A stretch of DNA of 64,000 bases from Eledone cirrhosa (lineage: Eukaryota): NCBI GenBank assembly GCA_964016885.1, contig OZ024740.1, forward strand, positions 100,936,001-101,000,000, written 5' to 3'. Below are positions 25,331 through 37,722 of this stretch, piece after piece (positions within the stretch are counted from its first letter, which is position 1; each line of letters opens with the position of its first letter). Both the position numbers and the translations under genes were made by a program. The notes below the pieces were generated by a model. The model worked only from the letters and a program-made list of their open reading frames with translations. It was not told where the DNA came from and did no database searches.

Positions 25331-25864
25331 AAATTATATATATGTTTGAGAATAAAACTGTAAACCTCTGCAAAATGTTGTGACATGGAACATCATTTAG
25401 GTTTCAAAGTGGAAACTGATTTAGCCATACACACTCACATTTCTTCACCACTCAGACTATTTAACTTCCCTTTCCAGCTTCTCTCTGACTTAATTCTTTT
25501 AGCTTTTCCTAACTTCCCTTTTCTAACATGGCTAGCATCTGAAGACAGTTCTTATCTCTCTTCTTTTTTTCTCTTAAAGAAAACTCTTTTCTTCTTTCTG
25601 CATTTTCATTGTCAATGAAGTAGTACCATCACCCAAATCATTAAAGCATTTTACCCCTTCTGTTTTTAATACAATGTTACTGTAATGTGTTGTCCTCTAG
25701 TGGTGTTTATTGACATATATGTATGTGTGTGTGTGTGTTTTATATATATATAAGCAAATGAATGAGTGAATGAAGGAGTTACAAGCCGTTAGTATTTAGT
25801 GTTCTGTATCACACCTCTTTGTATCTCTCTGCTTCATCCTCTCCTACGATACTTTAACCCTATT

Positions 25865-25896
<32 letters not shown>

Positions 25897-26035
25897 TTGG
25901 CATTAGGAAGGGCATCTAGCTATAGAAACCAACCCAGAATCAGAGCATACAAGCAAAATGTCTTCACCTGACCATTCTAGCCTCAGTATGTGATAGACCA
26001 TCTAATGCATGCAAGTATGGAAAATTGACATTACC

Positions 26036-26081
<46 letters not shown>

Positions 26082-26105
26082 TCAATGACGATGATGATGA
26101 TGATG
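26036..26105. repeat. (GAT)n microsatellite (RTE/SINE tail)
   Basis: Direct reading. It follows an aggaagggcatc-type RTE tail at about 25900-26035. Confidence 0.9.
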
Positions 26106-27119
26106 CGTTGATTTTAATTGACTAAACTCTCATCTGCAACAAGATTTAGCTTTGTGATTGATGAAAATCAATTCAAGTGATATTACTACTGAAATGAAGT
26201 TATTCTGATTAGATATAAGTACAGACTTACTATATTAAACGTCAGCTCTAATAATAGAAACTGACTATCTTCAGCACAGAGGACAATTTCTTTAACTTAA
26301 CAAATGAATTAAAAATTATCACATTTGCTTAATTTCCTTCTTTTTCATCTATTTTTTTCTTTCTTTCTGGTATTTTAATCTTAATTAACTTAAATCTCAA
26401 ATTACTTGTTAATTATCTTGAATTTTAATTAACTTTCAACAACTGAAATTGAAACTTTACAAGCAGAGTATATTGATGTTTCATCTGTGTTTTATTACAT
26501 CTGGCTTCGATAGTTACTTGGTCCGAAATGTTTATGAAATATTCCCATGTAACTCAACCTTCAATTTTGCTGACAAGTTTCAAGCCATTCACCTAATTGA
26601 TACCTGCTGCTATCTTATTGAGTCATGCATAATATGTAGCCAGAACCAGATGTATTACTTTGCAAATATATGCAGCTTGGATGTGTTAATATATTCCTCT
26701 CTTTTCAGTAGTTTCCATTTACCAATGTTGCTTCAGCATATTCACCTTCAATGTCTTATAACTTATCTACACATTCTCAGCTAAGTGCTGTTGTGCTGTT
26801 GTGTAGCATTCCTCAAATGGCAAAGTGCAGGCATGGCTGAGTAGTTACGAAGTTTGTTTAGCAATCATGAGTTACCAGGTTTGGTCTCATTAACTGTCTT
26901 TTACTATTGTCTCAAATGAATCTAACTCTTGCAAAGGAAATTGAAAAGATATAATTTGTGTGAAAGCATATTGGATGGATTGTACAAGTAATTCAAATGT
27001 TTAACTTTGCCACATAAGGTGTCATGCCCATATTACCTGGGAACACGTTTGTGGAATACTCACTTACATGCTAATACAAAAAAGAAATAGTTCAGTTGAT
27101 TGAACAACTGGAATATTAA

Positions 27120-27300
27120 ATAATTGTTTCTACTTTAGGCACAAGGCTTACCCAGTACATTACTGGTACTTTATTTTATCGACCCCGTAAGGATGAAAGA
27201 CAAAGTTAATCTCGGCGGGATTTGAACTCAGACTGTAAAGGGATGTAACTATGCTAGAAAGCATGGCGTCCAACCCTCTACCGATACTGCCAATTCACCG
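27120..27300 (-). mobile_element. tRNA/Nin-like SINE with target-site duplication
   Basis: gaatattaaataat occurs at 27111-27124 and 27300-27313. It is inserted into an older SINE. Confidence 0.85.
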
Positions 27301-27347
27301 AATATTAAATAATGATGGAGCATCCATTTACTTAACGATGTTCCATA

Positions 27348-27537
27348 AGGTGGATTGGTAGTATCGGTAGTGGGTCAGACATCATCCTTTGCAGCATAGA
27401 GTTATAGCCCTTTACGATCTGAGTTCAAATCCCGCCGAGATTAACTTTGCCTTTCATCCATACAGGATTGATAAGATAAAGCACCAGTAATGTACTGGAG
27501 TAATTGCTGGCCTTGTGCCAAAAGTAGAAACAATTAT
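27348..27537 (+). mobile_element. tRNA/Nin-like SINE
   Basis: Same family, head-to-head with 27120-27300. Confidence 0.85.
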
Positions 27538-29199
27538 ATTACTCAGTCATTGATCACTGGTTTCCTAATGGCTGATAATGTTGTAGGGAGTGTTGTCATA
27601 ACATACATCAAGTCTTGGATATTTTATACCTAGCCCCCCCCCCCACCCTCCAAGTTCAACAATTTCTTCCAAAGAGCAATCGATAGAGAAATATAAAGAT
27701 ACAAATATCACTCAAAAGCATTGGTCAATTCATGGCTATAGTAGAAAATAATTCCACAAAGTACTGTGTAAAGAGATTGAACACATGCATTATATCAAGG
27801 CTCAAAAGATTTTCTGCTTTACCTATACTGATGATTTAAATATTTGTCAAAGTTTTAACTTTATTGTGCTTAACTTTACCAGGTGATTCATGATTTCTGA
27901 TGTGGCTCTAGCAACAAGATAACAATAACATACTGAGAGAATATATTCATCTCCAGAGTCTGGCTTTACTATGTTTACATAAGAGAAGAATCTTAATAAT
28001 GCTACCAGATGTGTAAATATTTCTGATGTACACACATTTACTTACATTACATATCTTCATCTTGATTGCACTGAGATTTTTTACACATTCCAAAAAGCTG
28101 TTTCATTCCCCCAGCAACACAGTACTCACATTGTCTATTCAACCACATAAGATTTTAAAGACGAAAATCTAGCAACAGCTGGCAGCTAGATAGCAATTAA
28201 GTTATGTCATATAGATGAGCACCAAACCTTATGTTTGTATTGCTATTGATGTGATATCTCATAAGATCAACGCTGTGCATTTTTAATATATTTTTTCAAG
28301 CTTTTGCTCTAATACTAATGCATAGTGAGGTACATTGGTTTGTATGAATTCAACACATTTGAATAATTACATATTTAGGAAAAACAGTAATTTTTTCATT
28401 TCTTTTTCTTATTTGCACCAGGTTTAACTTTCTAATATGTAAGCCATCCAACAATCAATTATAATTGGGACATTCGAATGTATCTTAGAATGGTATGATG
28501 TAAATAATATAGTTTAGAGTAGTTAAAGTATTATAGAACAATATAGTGTCATGTAAATAATATAGTATGAAGGCATGTGGCCTTGTAGTGAGGGTGTTTG
28601 TAGTGGTTGTGGTGGTGTTGGTGGTGGTGGTAGTAGTAGTAGAAAATGATGAAGAAATAATACACTACAGTATAATAGAGAGAAGTGTAATTTAACATAG
28701 TACTGTGTAATATAGATTATGTAGTATAGTGCAGTGTAGTACATGAAATTGTGTCAGTCATGTTACAATCAATATAGAGTAGATATGAATCAGTAGAGGT
28801 AAGAGGTGAGTTTGCATACATGGTCCCATAACTCCTGAAGGAGTTGTTGGGTGCCGTATTGACATATGGCATTTCTAGGGTATTTTTAAACCTGGCAGAG
28901 TCCATCTATTTCTTTCATAGAAGGGGAGAGAGTGAGAGAATGGAAATGAGAAAGAGGTACAGAAGAAAGATCAACCACAGTATTTGACTGGTACTTATCA
29001 AACTTGAATATGGATGAAAGGCAAAGTTTACCTCAGCTGGATTTAAACTCAGAGAGTAGAGAGTCAAAACAAATACCACAAAGCATTCTATGTTCTAAAG
29101 ATTCTGTCAATTCGCCATTTATAAAGGGGTGAGGTGAGCAGCGTATAACTCATAAGTTGAAGTCCACTGCAAATGTTATAGTTTGTTTCTATGGATCTA

Positions 29200-29445
29200 A
29201 AGTCTGTCTCAAGCCAGAGGGCTCATTAGGTCGTTGCTTATCCCTGTTTCATGACATGAAGTGACTGAGAGTACAAGGCTCCCCACTGGATAGGATGCCA
29301 GTCCATCGCAGGGGTAAAAACCCTGGAGCAACATGAAATGAAGTGTTTTACTACAGAACACAACATGCAAACACGCCCAGGAATCGAACCCACGACATTA
29401 TGATTGTAAGCTCAACACCCTTACCACTAGGTCATGTGCCTCCAC
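29200..29445 (-). mobile_element. tRNA-derived SINE with V-like central motif
   Basis: Minus head tggaggcacatgacctagtgg...ggttcgattcc, then cctgcgatggactggcatcctatccag. A related copy is at about 55870-56140 (-). Confidence 0.7.
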
Positions 29446-29905
29446 TTGTTTCTATGAGGGTGATATTATTTTATATGTCTTGTTTCATACAACTTTCAGG
29501 CTTAAGGAATTACTGCAGAAATTGTAGGGAGATTACTCCTGAGAGACTAGCACAATATCCAAAGGAGAAACCCGCCACACATACAGTAATATTATAGAAG
29601 CCACAACTATATACTGGCTTGATTTTAACAACATTGTTAATCCAAAGCCAGTAAGTGCATAACTAATAAAATACCATTGAAACCAGTCAGATATAAATCG
29701 ACTGTTTTATATTTCAAACAATTTTCTCTTTTAATCTTTTCAAATAGAATTGAATAGAATTTGTACATTCTTGTGTATGTGTGTGAGTGAGTAAATTAAT
29801 ATGTTTACAATTTAAAGTTTCACAGCTTCACCATTTAAATGTCATGCTAACCAAGATGTACATATAAAGTGCATGTTTATGTGTATAAGACTTTATATAT
29901 GTATG

Positions 29906-29942
<37 letters not shown>

Positions 29943-29949
29943 ATGTAGG

Positions 29950-30014
<65 letters not shown>

Positions 30015-31096
30015 ATATATATATATATATATACATATATGTGTGTGTGTGTGTCTGTGTGTTTACAGAGAGAGAGGTGGGGGAGGGAGAAACTAATATG
30101 CTTAAATTAAAAATTTCACACTTCCATTACTCAAATTTCATGTCAAAACAAATTATATGAATAGAAATGTATATATGTGTGTAAGTTTGTGTGTGTATTT
30201 ATGTGTCTATGTGTGCATATGTGTGTATACATGACAGAAATGAGTGGGAATGAGACAAATAGAAAGAAAGAGTGAAAAGAAAGAAGAGGGATGGTGATAC
30301 AGAAATGTATAAACAATGAATTAATTGATGATGAAGATAGGCTTGATCACTGAAATATTTACATAATGTTTCTAATGTCTAAGTGTACATAGAGATAGAG
30401 AAGACAGAAGGAAATGTAAAAATGTAATGCTCAGGCTATTTGTTGTCTTTTTTATTTGAGTCGTTTTATATTTTGACAGTTAAAGGAAATATTTATACAA
30501 ATGCATATATATATATATATATATATGCATTTGTATGTATGTATGTATATATATATGTATGTATGTATATATATATATATATGTATATATACACACACAC
30601 ACATATATGTGTGTGTGTCTGGGTGTGTGTTTTATATCATACGATATATATTATAGGTAGTTAAAGGAAAAATATCTATACAAATATATACACACACACA
30701 CATATATATGTATATATACACATATATATATATTTATATATATAGAGAGAGAGAGAGATATCATGTGTGTATATATATATATACATATATATATATATAA
30801 ACATATATAAATATATATATATATATATATATGTTCACTTTTCTCCTAGTTTATTTTACACCCAATTCTGTTTGGTTGACTGTATATCTGGTCGATTTAT
30901 ACACGCTGCCAAAATACTCGATAAATACTCCGTCGTAACCGCCGCGAAGGGCTGCTTTCGGTTATTTCTCGGAGATTTCTTCATAGAAGCCTTTATTCTT
31001 ATAGCTTGGTCTAATCGATTTTTTATATGGTTAATTATGCTAATTGGGAGAGGAAACGGTATATATTTTATCTGGTGATTCTATAGACATGTTTTA

Positions 31097-31132
<36 letters not shown>

Positions 31133-31615
31133 TAAAATATATTTATATATGTATATATATATATATATATATAATATATATATGTGTGTGTGTGTGTGTG
31201 TATGTATATATATATTTATATATATATAAATATATATAAATATATGTATATATATGCATATATATACATATATATATATATATACACACATGATATCCCT
31301 TGAAGAAGTTTGTGAGATAAGAAGTTAGAACCGCAAGCCTCTTAGCTGGAATTTTGCCTCTTCAATATATATGCATTATTTATATATGTATGTATATATA
31401 TGTATGTGTGTATATATATATGAATATATATATATATATATGTGTGTGTGTATGTATATATATATTTATATATATATAAATATATATAAATATATGTATA
31501 TATATGCATATATATACATATATATATACATACTCGCATATATATATATATATGCATACGTATATATACATACATATATATATATATATATAAAAATATA
31601 TATACATATATATAT

Positions 31616-32057
31616 GATGTTAAATAAATGGAAACTATATTTATAAAACCATATTTATTTCATTATATATATTTCAGGGATATCATATTAACAATATGTT
31701 ATGCCTTCATCAGACAAAATACAATATAAACAGTCTTATAAATAAATAGATATGACATACCTTTCAATCGACCTGCATTTGGGAAGTTGATTTGACTGCC
31801 AAATCAACTTCCCAAATGCAGGTCGATTGAAAGGTATGTCATATCTATTTATTTATAAGACTGTTTATATTGTATTTTGTCTGATGAAGGCATAACATAT
31901 TGTTAATATGATATCCCTGAAATATATATAATGAAATAAATATAGTTTCCATTTATTTAATATCATAAATATACTCCAAATACTTGTTGAGTGCTTTTAT
32001 ATCAGTTATAAATATTTACTCGTTGTTAACCCAACAATTTAAATATAACTTTCCATG
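31616..32057 (+). mobile_element. Fold-back PLE terminal fragment with a perfect 144-bp palindrome and two hammerheads
   Basis: Arms 31651-31794 and 31800-31943 with loop actgc. HHR at 31873-31938 (+) and 31656-31721 (-). The tail 31945-32057 is homologous to 34784-34900 (-). Confidence 0.85.
31873..31938 (+). ncRNA. Minimal hammerhead ribozyme
   Basis: tattttgt-CTGATGA-agg c ata a catatt gtt aatatg a tat c cct-GAAA-tatata-TA-atgaaata. Confidence 0.8.
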
Positions 32058-32083
32058 TATACATATATATATATATATATATA

Positions 32084-32424
32084 TGGAGGCACATGGCTTA
32101 GTGGTTAGAGCATTGGTTTGCAATCAAAAGGTTGTGAGTTCAATTCTCAGACCGGGCGATGCGTTGTTTCCTTGAGCAAGACACTTTATTTCACATTGCT
32201 CCAGTTTACTCAGCTGCAGAAATGAGATGATAGGGACTGAGGTCTATATCATTCCACTGCAAAGTGGTCGTGGAGGTGCCATGGCAAAAAAGCACCCAGC
32301 ACTCACTATAAATGAGGTTGGTGTTAGGAAGGGCATCCAGCTGTAGAAATCGAGCCAGAATGAGTTCCCATCCCACCCTTGCAAGCAGGGAAAAGCGAAC
32401 GTAAAATGATGATGATGATGATGA
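32084..32424 (+). mobile_element. tRNA-derived SINE with RTE family-A tail
   Basis: A box tggcttagtgg and B box gttcaattc, then ccttgagcaagacactt. The tail cccacccttgcaagcagggaaaagcg matches 13503-13535. A second, head-less copy is at 32708-32968. Confidence 0.85.
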
Positions 32425-32554
32425 TATGTGGACTCTCTTTTACTCTTTTACCTGTTCCAGCCATCCGGCTGAGGCCATGCTGGGGCACCGCCCGTACGTC
32501 TATATATATATATGCATATGTATATATTATATATTTATATATTGTATATTTATA

Positions 32555-33690
32555 TAATTGTTTCTACTTTTGGCAATTACCCAATGCATTACTGGTACTT
32601 TATTCTATCGACCCCGGAAGGATAAAAGGCAAAGTTAACCTCGGCGGGATTGTATATTTATATAATGTTATATAGGCATATATGTACGTATATATATATA
32701 TATATATCAGACCGGGTGATGTGTTGTTTCCTTGAGCAAGACACTTTATTTCACATTTCTCCAGTTTACTCAGCTGCAGAAATGAGATGATAGGGACTGA
32801 GGTCTATATCATTCCACTGCAAAGTGGTCATGTAGGTGCTAGGGCAAAAAAGCACCCAGCACTCACTGTAAATGAGGTTGGTGTTAGGAAGGGCATCCAG
32901 CTGTAGAAAGCAAGCCAGAATCACCTCCTGTCCCACCCTTGCAAGCAGGGAAAAGCGGACGTAAAAATAATTGTTTCTACTTTTGGCACAAGGCCAGCAA
33001 TTACCCAGTACATTACTGGTACTTTATTTTATCGACCCCGTAAGGATGAAAGGCAAAGTTAACCTTGGCGGGATTTGAACTCAGAAATTGACTTTGTTAG
33101 TTTCAGAAGATCCCGTTAAGGGTGAAAGCAGCGATTCTTTGCTTAAACTTTAATCTGTTATTTTAATAAATATTTGCTCTACGGTTCTTATATATTTGAT
33201 ATATATCTATCCTTATCGAGCCCTCTTTGGATTTTAGTCTTCAAATATTTTATTATTACTATATATATATTATATATATTTATATATTGTATATTTATAT
33301 AATTGTTTCTACTTTTGGCACAAGGCCAGCAATTATTCCAGTGTATTACTGCTACTTTATTTTATCGACCACTTAAGGATGAAAGGCAAAGTTAACCTCG
33401 GCGGGATTTGAACTCAGATCATAAAGGGCCGTTACTCTTTGCTGCAAAGCGTGGCGTCCGAACCTCTACCGATACTGCCAATCCACTGTATATTTATATA
33501 ATGTTATATATGCATATATACATATATAATATATGTATATATATATACAACGTTATATATGTATATATATATAATTGTTTCTACTTTAGGCACAAGGCCA
33601 GCAAATACCCAGTTCATTACTGGTACTTTATTTTATCGACCCCGTAAGGATGAAAAGCAAAGTCAACCTCAGCGGGATTTGAACTCAGAC
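32555..33690 (-). mobile_element. Cluster of four tRNA/Nin-like SINE copies or fragments
   Basis: aattgtttctacttt...gaccccgtaaggatgaaaggcaaagttaacc at about 32555, 32968, 33299 (full, to 33487) and 33573. Confidence 0.8.
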
Positions 33691-33788
33691 ATATATACAT
33701 ATATATATGTGTGTATATATATAATATATATGTTTATACATATAATGTTACATATGCATATATATATATGTGTGTGTGTATGTTTATA

Positions 33789-33872
<84 letters not shown>

Positions 33873-34369
33873 GTGAGACAGTGAGAGAGAGAGAGAGAAA
33901 GGATTCATGTAGGAGTGACATTGAAACGAAATAAAAATGAAAAATCATGACTGAATATGATAAAAATTTTATCTGTTACACATGAGATATTCTGTCTCGA
34001 AGTAATAACATAATATATTAAATTGCACAAAAATATACCGCTCTTCCTTCTATCTCTTTTTCTTTTTTTTTTGGTACCTTATCTTACAATGATAAATGTA
34101 TGTTGAAAATTGATTAACTACGTTTAAATTTCCTCTATCTAACCAACATATATTTCTGAATAAAACCACTTTATTTTTGGTTAGATTTTTTTTTACATTT
34201 TTACTTTGATTGTTTGTGTTTCAACCAATACATTTACATCAGAAACATTGCTGCTGTCAACATCTCTATCATCATCATTATCATGAGAAAACATTATACA
34301 CACACACACATATATATATATAATAATTAATATATATATATATACATACATATATATATACATATATAT

Positions 34370-34441
<72 letters not shown>

Positions 34442-34600
34442 TTTAGTACAGCCTTAACGAAGCTTTAGTTCGCGGCCAAGCCAACGAATGCAAATTCGGT
34501 ATGTAGCATTAGCACTCGGATGGGGAAAAGTACCCCAGAGTAATAACAATATATACAAGAGTAATAACAATATATATATATATAAATATATATTATATAT

Positions 34601-34752
34601 ATAGGAAAATGTTTAACCCCGACGGCAGAGCTCAAGCCGTCGAAACGGCTTGAGCTCTGCCATCAGGATTAAATATTTTCCTATTACCCGCTCTAAGTAT
34701 AGAGGTCTCTGGTGCGTTATGGTCCATCTGGTTCCTTACCACACTTCCTTCG

Positions 34753-34754
<2 letters not shown>
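34601..34754 (+). mobile_element. Fold-back PLE terminal fragment (40-bp hairpin)
   Basis: Arms 34601-34640 and 34645-34684 with loop cgaa. The tail ...ccttaccacacttccttcgtt runs into (TA)n. Homologous to 4028-4140. Confidence 0.65.
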
Positions 34755-34787
<33 letters not shown>

Positions 34788-34914
34788 AAAGTTCTATTTA
34801 AATTGTTGGGATACAACAAGCAAATATTTTTATAACTGATATAAAGCACTCAACAAATAATTGGAGTAAAAATACGATATTGACAAATGGAAACTATATT
34901 TATAAAACCATATT

Positions 34915-34980
34915 TATTTCATTATACATATTTCAAGGACACCAAGTTAAATTATTGGTGTGCTCTCATCAGATAAAATA
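34915..34980 (-). ncRNA. Minimal hammerhead ribozyme in PLE pLTR
   Basis: Minus strand: tattttat-CTGATGA-gag c acaccaa..ttggtgt c ctt-GAAA-tatgta-TA-atgaaata. Confidence 0.82.
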
Positions 34981-36206
34981 TAATATAGAGCAGTTTTATA
35001 AATAAATATTGACATACCCTTAAAGAATGCAACCATTACCGTTCGAAGCTCCCGGATAGTGGAGTTATATTTATACTTATAGTATTAGGTAAGTTAGTAT
35101 TGGATATTTTTAAATAAGCCGTTGGGTTACGGAGAAAGAGAAAGATAGAGAGCAGAATAACAGAGAGAAAAAAAAGAAAAGAGAGAGAGAGAGAGCATAA
35201 CAACAGAGAGAGAAAAAGAGAGAGAGAGTGAAAACTCCAAGTCATATCTTGTTGATTTATCTTAACATTTGAGATGAAATGAATAAATAAAATTAGAAAT
35301 GTTAATAATCATGAATGGAATATACATATATAATATGAGAAATGTAACCATTGTTTAAATATGATTAAATGTTTAGTTAATCAGTTATAATATTGAGATC
35401 AATACTTTAAAAATTGAGATCCATATATTAAGAAATCTATATATTATTATTAAGACTATATATTATATGAAGAATATAACACATATACATTCGCAAAAAT
35501 ATAAATATATATACACACGTATGAAAATATATATATATATCTAACTACTTATATAATATATACATACAAAATATAAAGGATTTTTTAATTTAAGATATAG
35601 GAAAACTTATAAAATCAGAGAAAATCTTTTCAATGTAATATCAAAGCAGCGTGAAGGAAAATTACGTTACTTAGTTATATAGATGTTACAATTGTTAAGA
35701 TATTAAAGGAATTTTTTTTTGTTATACACACTTTATGTTATTATACAAAATGTTATATAAGTTTTATAAGATTAACCTGTTATGTAGTTATGACTGTTAT
35801 TATATGTTTATTTGTCACGAACCTTGGGATAATCTCTATAAATAAGTGCAATCGAATTGTATGAATATTTCAAGTTATAATTTTAAAATAATGATATGTT
35901 TAATAAATTTAGAATAAAAATTTTCTACGTATATTTAACTTAATTTACTTTTATATCCATAAGAGAAAGAAAAAGAAAAAGAAACTTTCAAAAGATAAAC
36001 TTTCGAAAATAGGAGAAACTATCAAAAATTATTTTCCCCTTTTAAGAGCTTTCAGTATATTTCTTTAGAAGAATTTATTATGTTTATTTATATTTAGGAA
36101 GAAAAGTTTTTTTTACTTGAGTGTATAATCAGTAAAAAAAATGAAGGAATCTAATGATTTATCGATAGGTTCAATATATTAATAAAATTAATTAATTAAT
36201 TATATA

Positions 36207-36635
36207 TTACGTTTTAAATTTATATTTAAACGTTGAGTTCAATCTATGTCTACAGCAACTGAATAAATTGTTCCTTAGGTTCAGGGAATTTTTGGTCTTT
36301 AATATAAAGAATATTTCATCTATACAAAGATCACAATTTTCTGAAGAGGAGTTAAAAGGAGTAGCTTTTGAAATAATATTCCAAATCAACGAATATTTAA
36401 CATTCTTTAGTTTGAGGTCCCATAATAAGCTAGATAGAGAAGTTGAAGATTTTTTGTTTGGATCCGTAAAAGAATTTTTATGATTATTGAAGCGGTATTT
36501 AAACTCTGTTGAAGTGGATCCCACATAATTAAATGAATTTAAATTAGTTTTTACATTACAATTATATACTATATTTTTAGCTAAGCAATTGTTATTTAAC
36601 GAACAGTTAGATTTAATTATACAGTTACATTTATC
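36207..36635 (-). pseudogene. GIY-YIG endonuclease domain of the PLE
   Basis: CNCIIKSNCSLNNNCLAKNIVYNCNVKTNLNSFNYVGSTSTEFKYRFNNH...CRH. Confidence 0.85.
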
Positions 36636-37484
36636 AAATTTGATATTGCTTGGGTTATTAGTGGTATTTTGGTGGAAGAATAAGTTAATTTTATAGTATG
36701 TCTATTAAAAGTTGAATAATATCTGTGTTCTAGGGAAGCATTTGTCAAGAGCTTTAAAAAATAGTTTAGCAATAGCGGTTTTAATATTTAACGAGAAAAA
36801 AGGAGCGAACCATAATATGTTCCTAGTTCTATTTCTTTTTTTTTTTTTTTTTTCGGAATTATTGTAAGGTTTTCTATTATAGTTGTTAAAATAGTTAAAA
36901 TTGTTACGATTATGGTTAGTTGTTATATTATTATCAATGTATTTAATTTTATTTCTATACCCAGCTCTACCTAACGCTTCGTTGTAATAATGTGCTTTTT
37001 CATCAAATATATTCTTATTAGCTGAAATCTCGAAATTCGTTCCTGTACAGAGTTCACTATAGTATTTTTAACGGATATGGGGTGATTAGAGTTAAAATTG
37101 ACGTAGTTTAAGTTCTCATTTAGTTTGTGAAATGAAGACATGTGTTAAGGTTTAGTGTTACATCTAGAAAGTTAACTAGTTTATGGTTATTCTCTATTTC
37201 TACTTTTAGATTAAAGTAATTAAAAAATTGTATAATTTGTTTTCTTTTTCTATTTAGTTCACAGTTATTATTTTCTATAAGTAAAAACATGTCGTCACGA
37301 TATAAACCTCCGGTTAAATCAGGTATTTTCCTATGTAGAGAATTATTTATAAAGAGGCCCACAAGATCCGTTACCTGAACGGAATCGGATGATCCCATAG
37401 TTATATCGAAGTTATTATTTCTATCTGCCCTAGTCCAGAGTTGGTTATTAAATTCTATTAATGTTTTCCGTGCCGATAATATGC

Positions 37485-37536
<52 letters not shown>

Positions 37537-37722
37537 CATCATCATTAACATGTTTTTCATGCTGACATAGGTTATATATAAACATGATTTTGTTAAAAGG
37601 TGACTTTTATAGAACTTTTTTGTGGGGGACATGAAATCATTGACAATTTCTCATGTATATATGACTTCTTTAAATGATGTACTAAGTAGCTTATTTTAAT
37701 TGTAGTTCTTTTCCATGTTTAA

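Larger units (their letters stand above)
34784..37487 (-). mobile_element. 5'-truncated Penelope-like retroelement (RT, linker, GIY-YIG, long 3' region, hammerhead pLTR)
   Basis: RT: FDITMGSSD...GGLYRDD...NFLDVTLNL. Thumb: SNHP...YYNEAL..AGY. Linker: ILWFAP. EN: CNC..C...CL..IVY...YVGSTSTEFK..FNNH...CDLC..E...LN...CRH. Frameshifted, and bounded by (TA)n at both ends. Confidence 0.9.

Noticed and set aside
27850-28910. Possible host exons (gtaagt donor-like sites, short ORFs)
   Set aside because: No recognisable protein similarity or consistent exon chain, so it cannot be supported without transcript data.
29869-31646. Many short ORFs rich in Y/I/V/C/M
   Set aside because: Translations of (TA)n/(TG)n microsatellites, not genes. 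The same applies to 17157-17455, 33559-33873, 41896-42288, 51305-51633 and 53911-54129.
32084-32156. tRNA gene
   Set aside because: A and B boxes are present but the cloverleaf is imperfect and continues into a SINE body. The same holds for the other heads (9926, 29445, 57160-57222).
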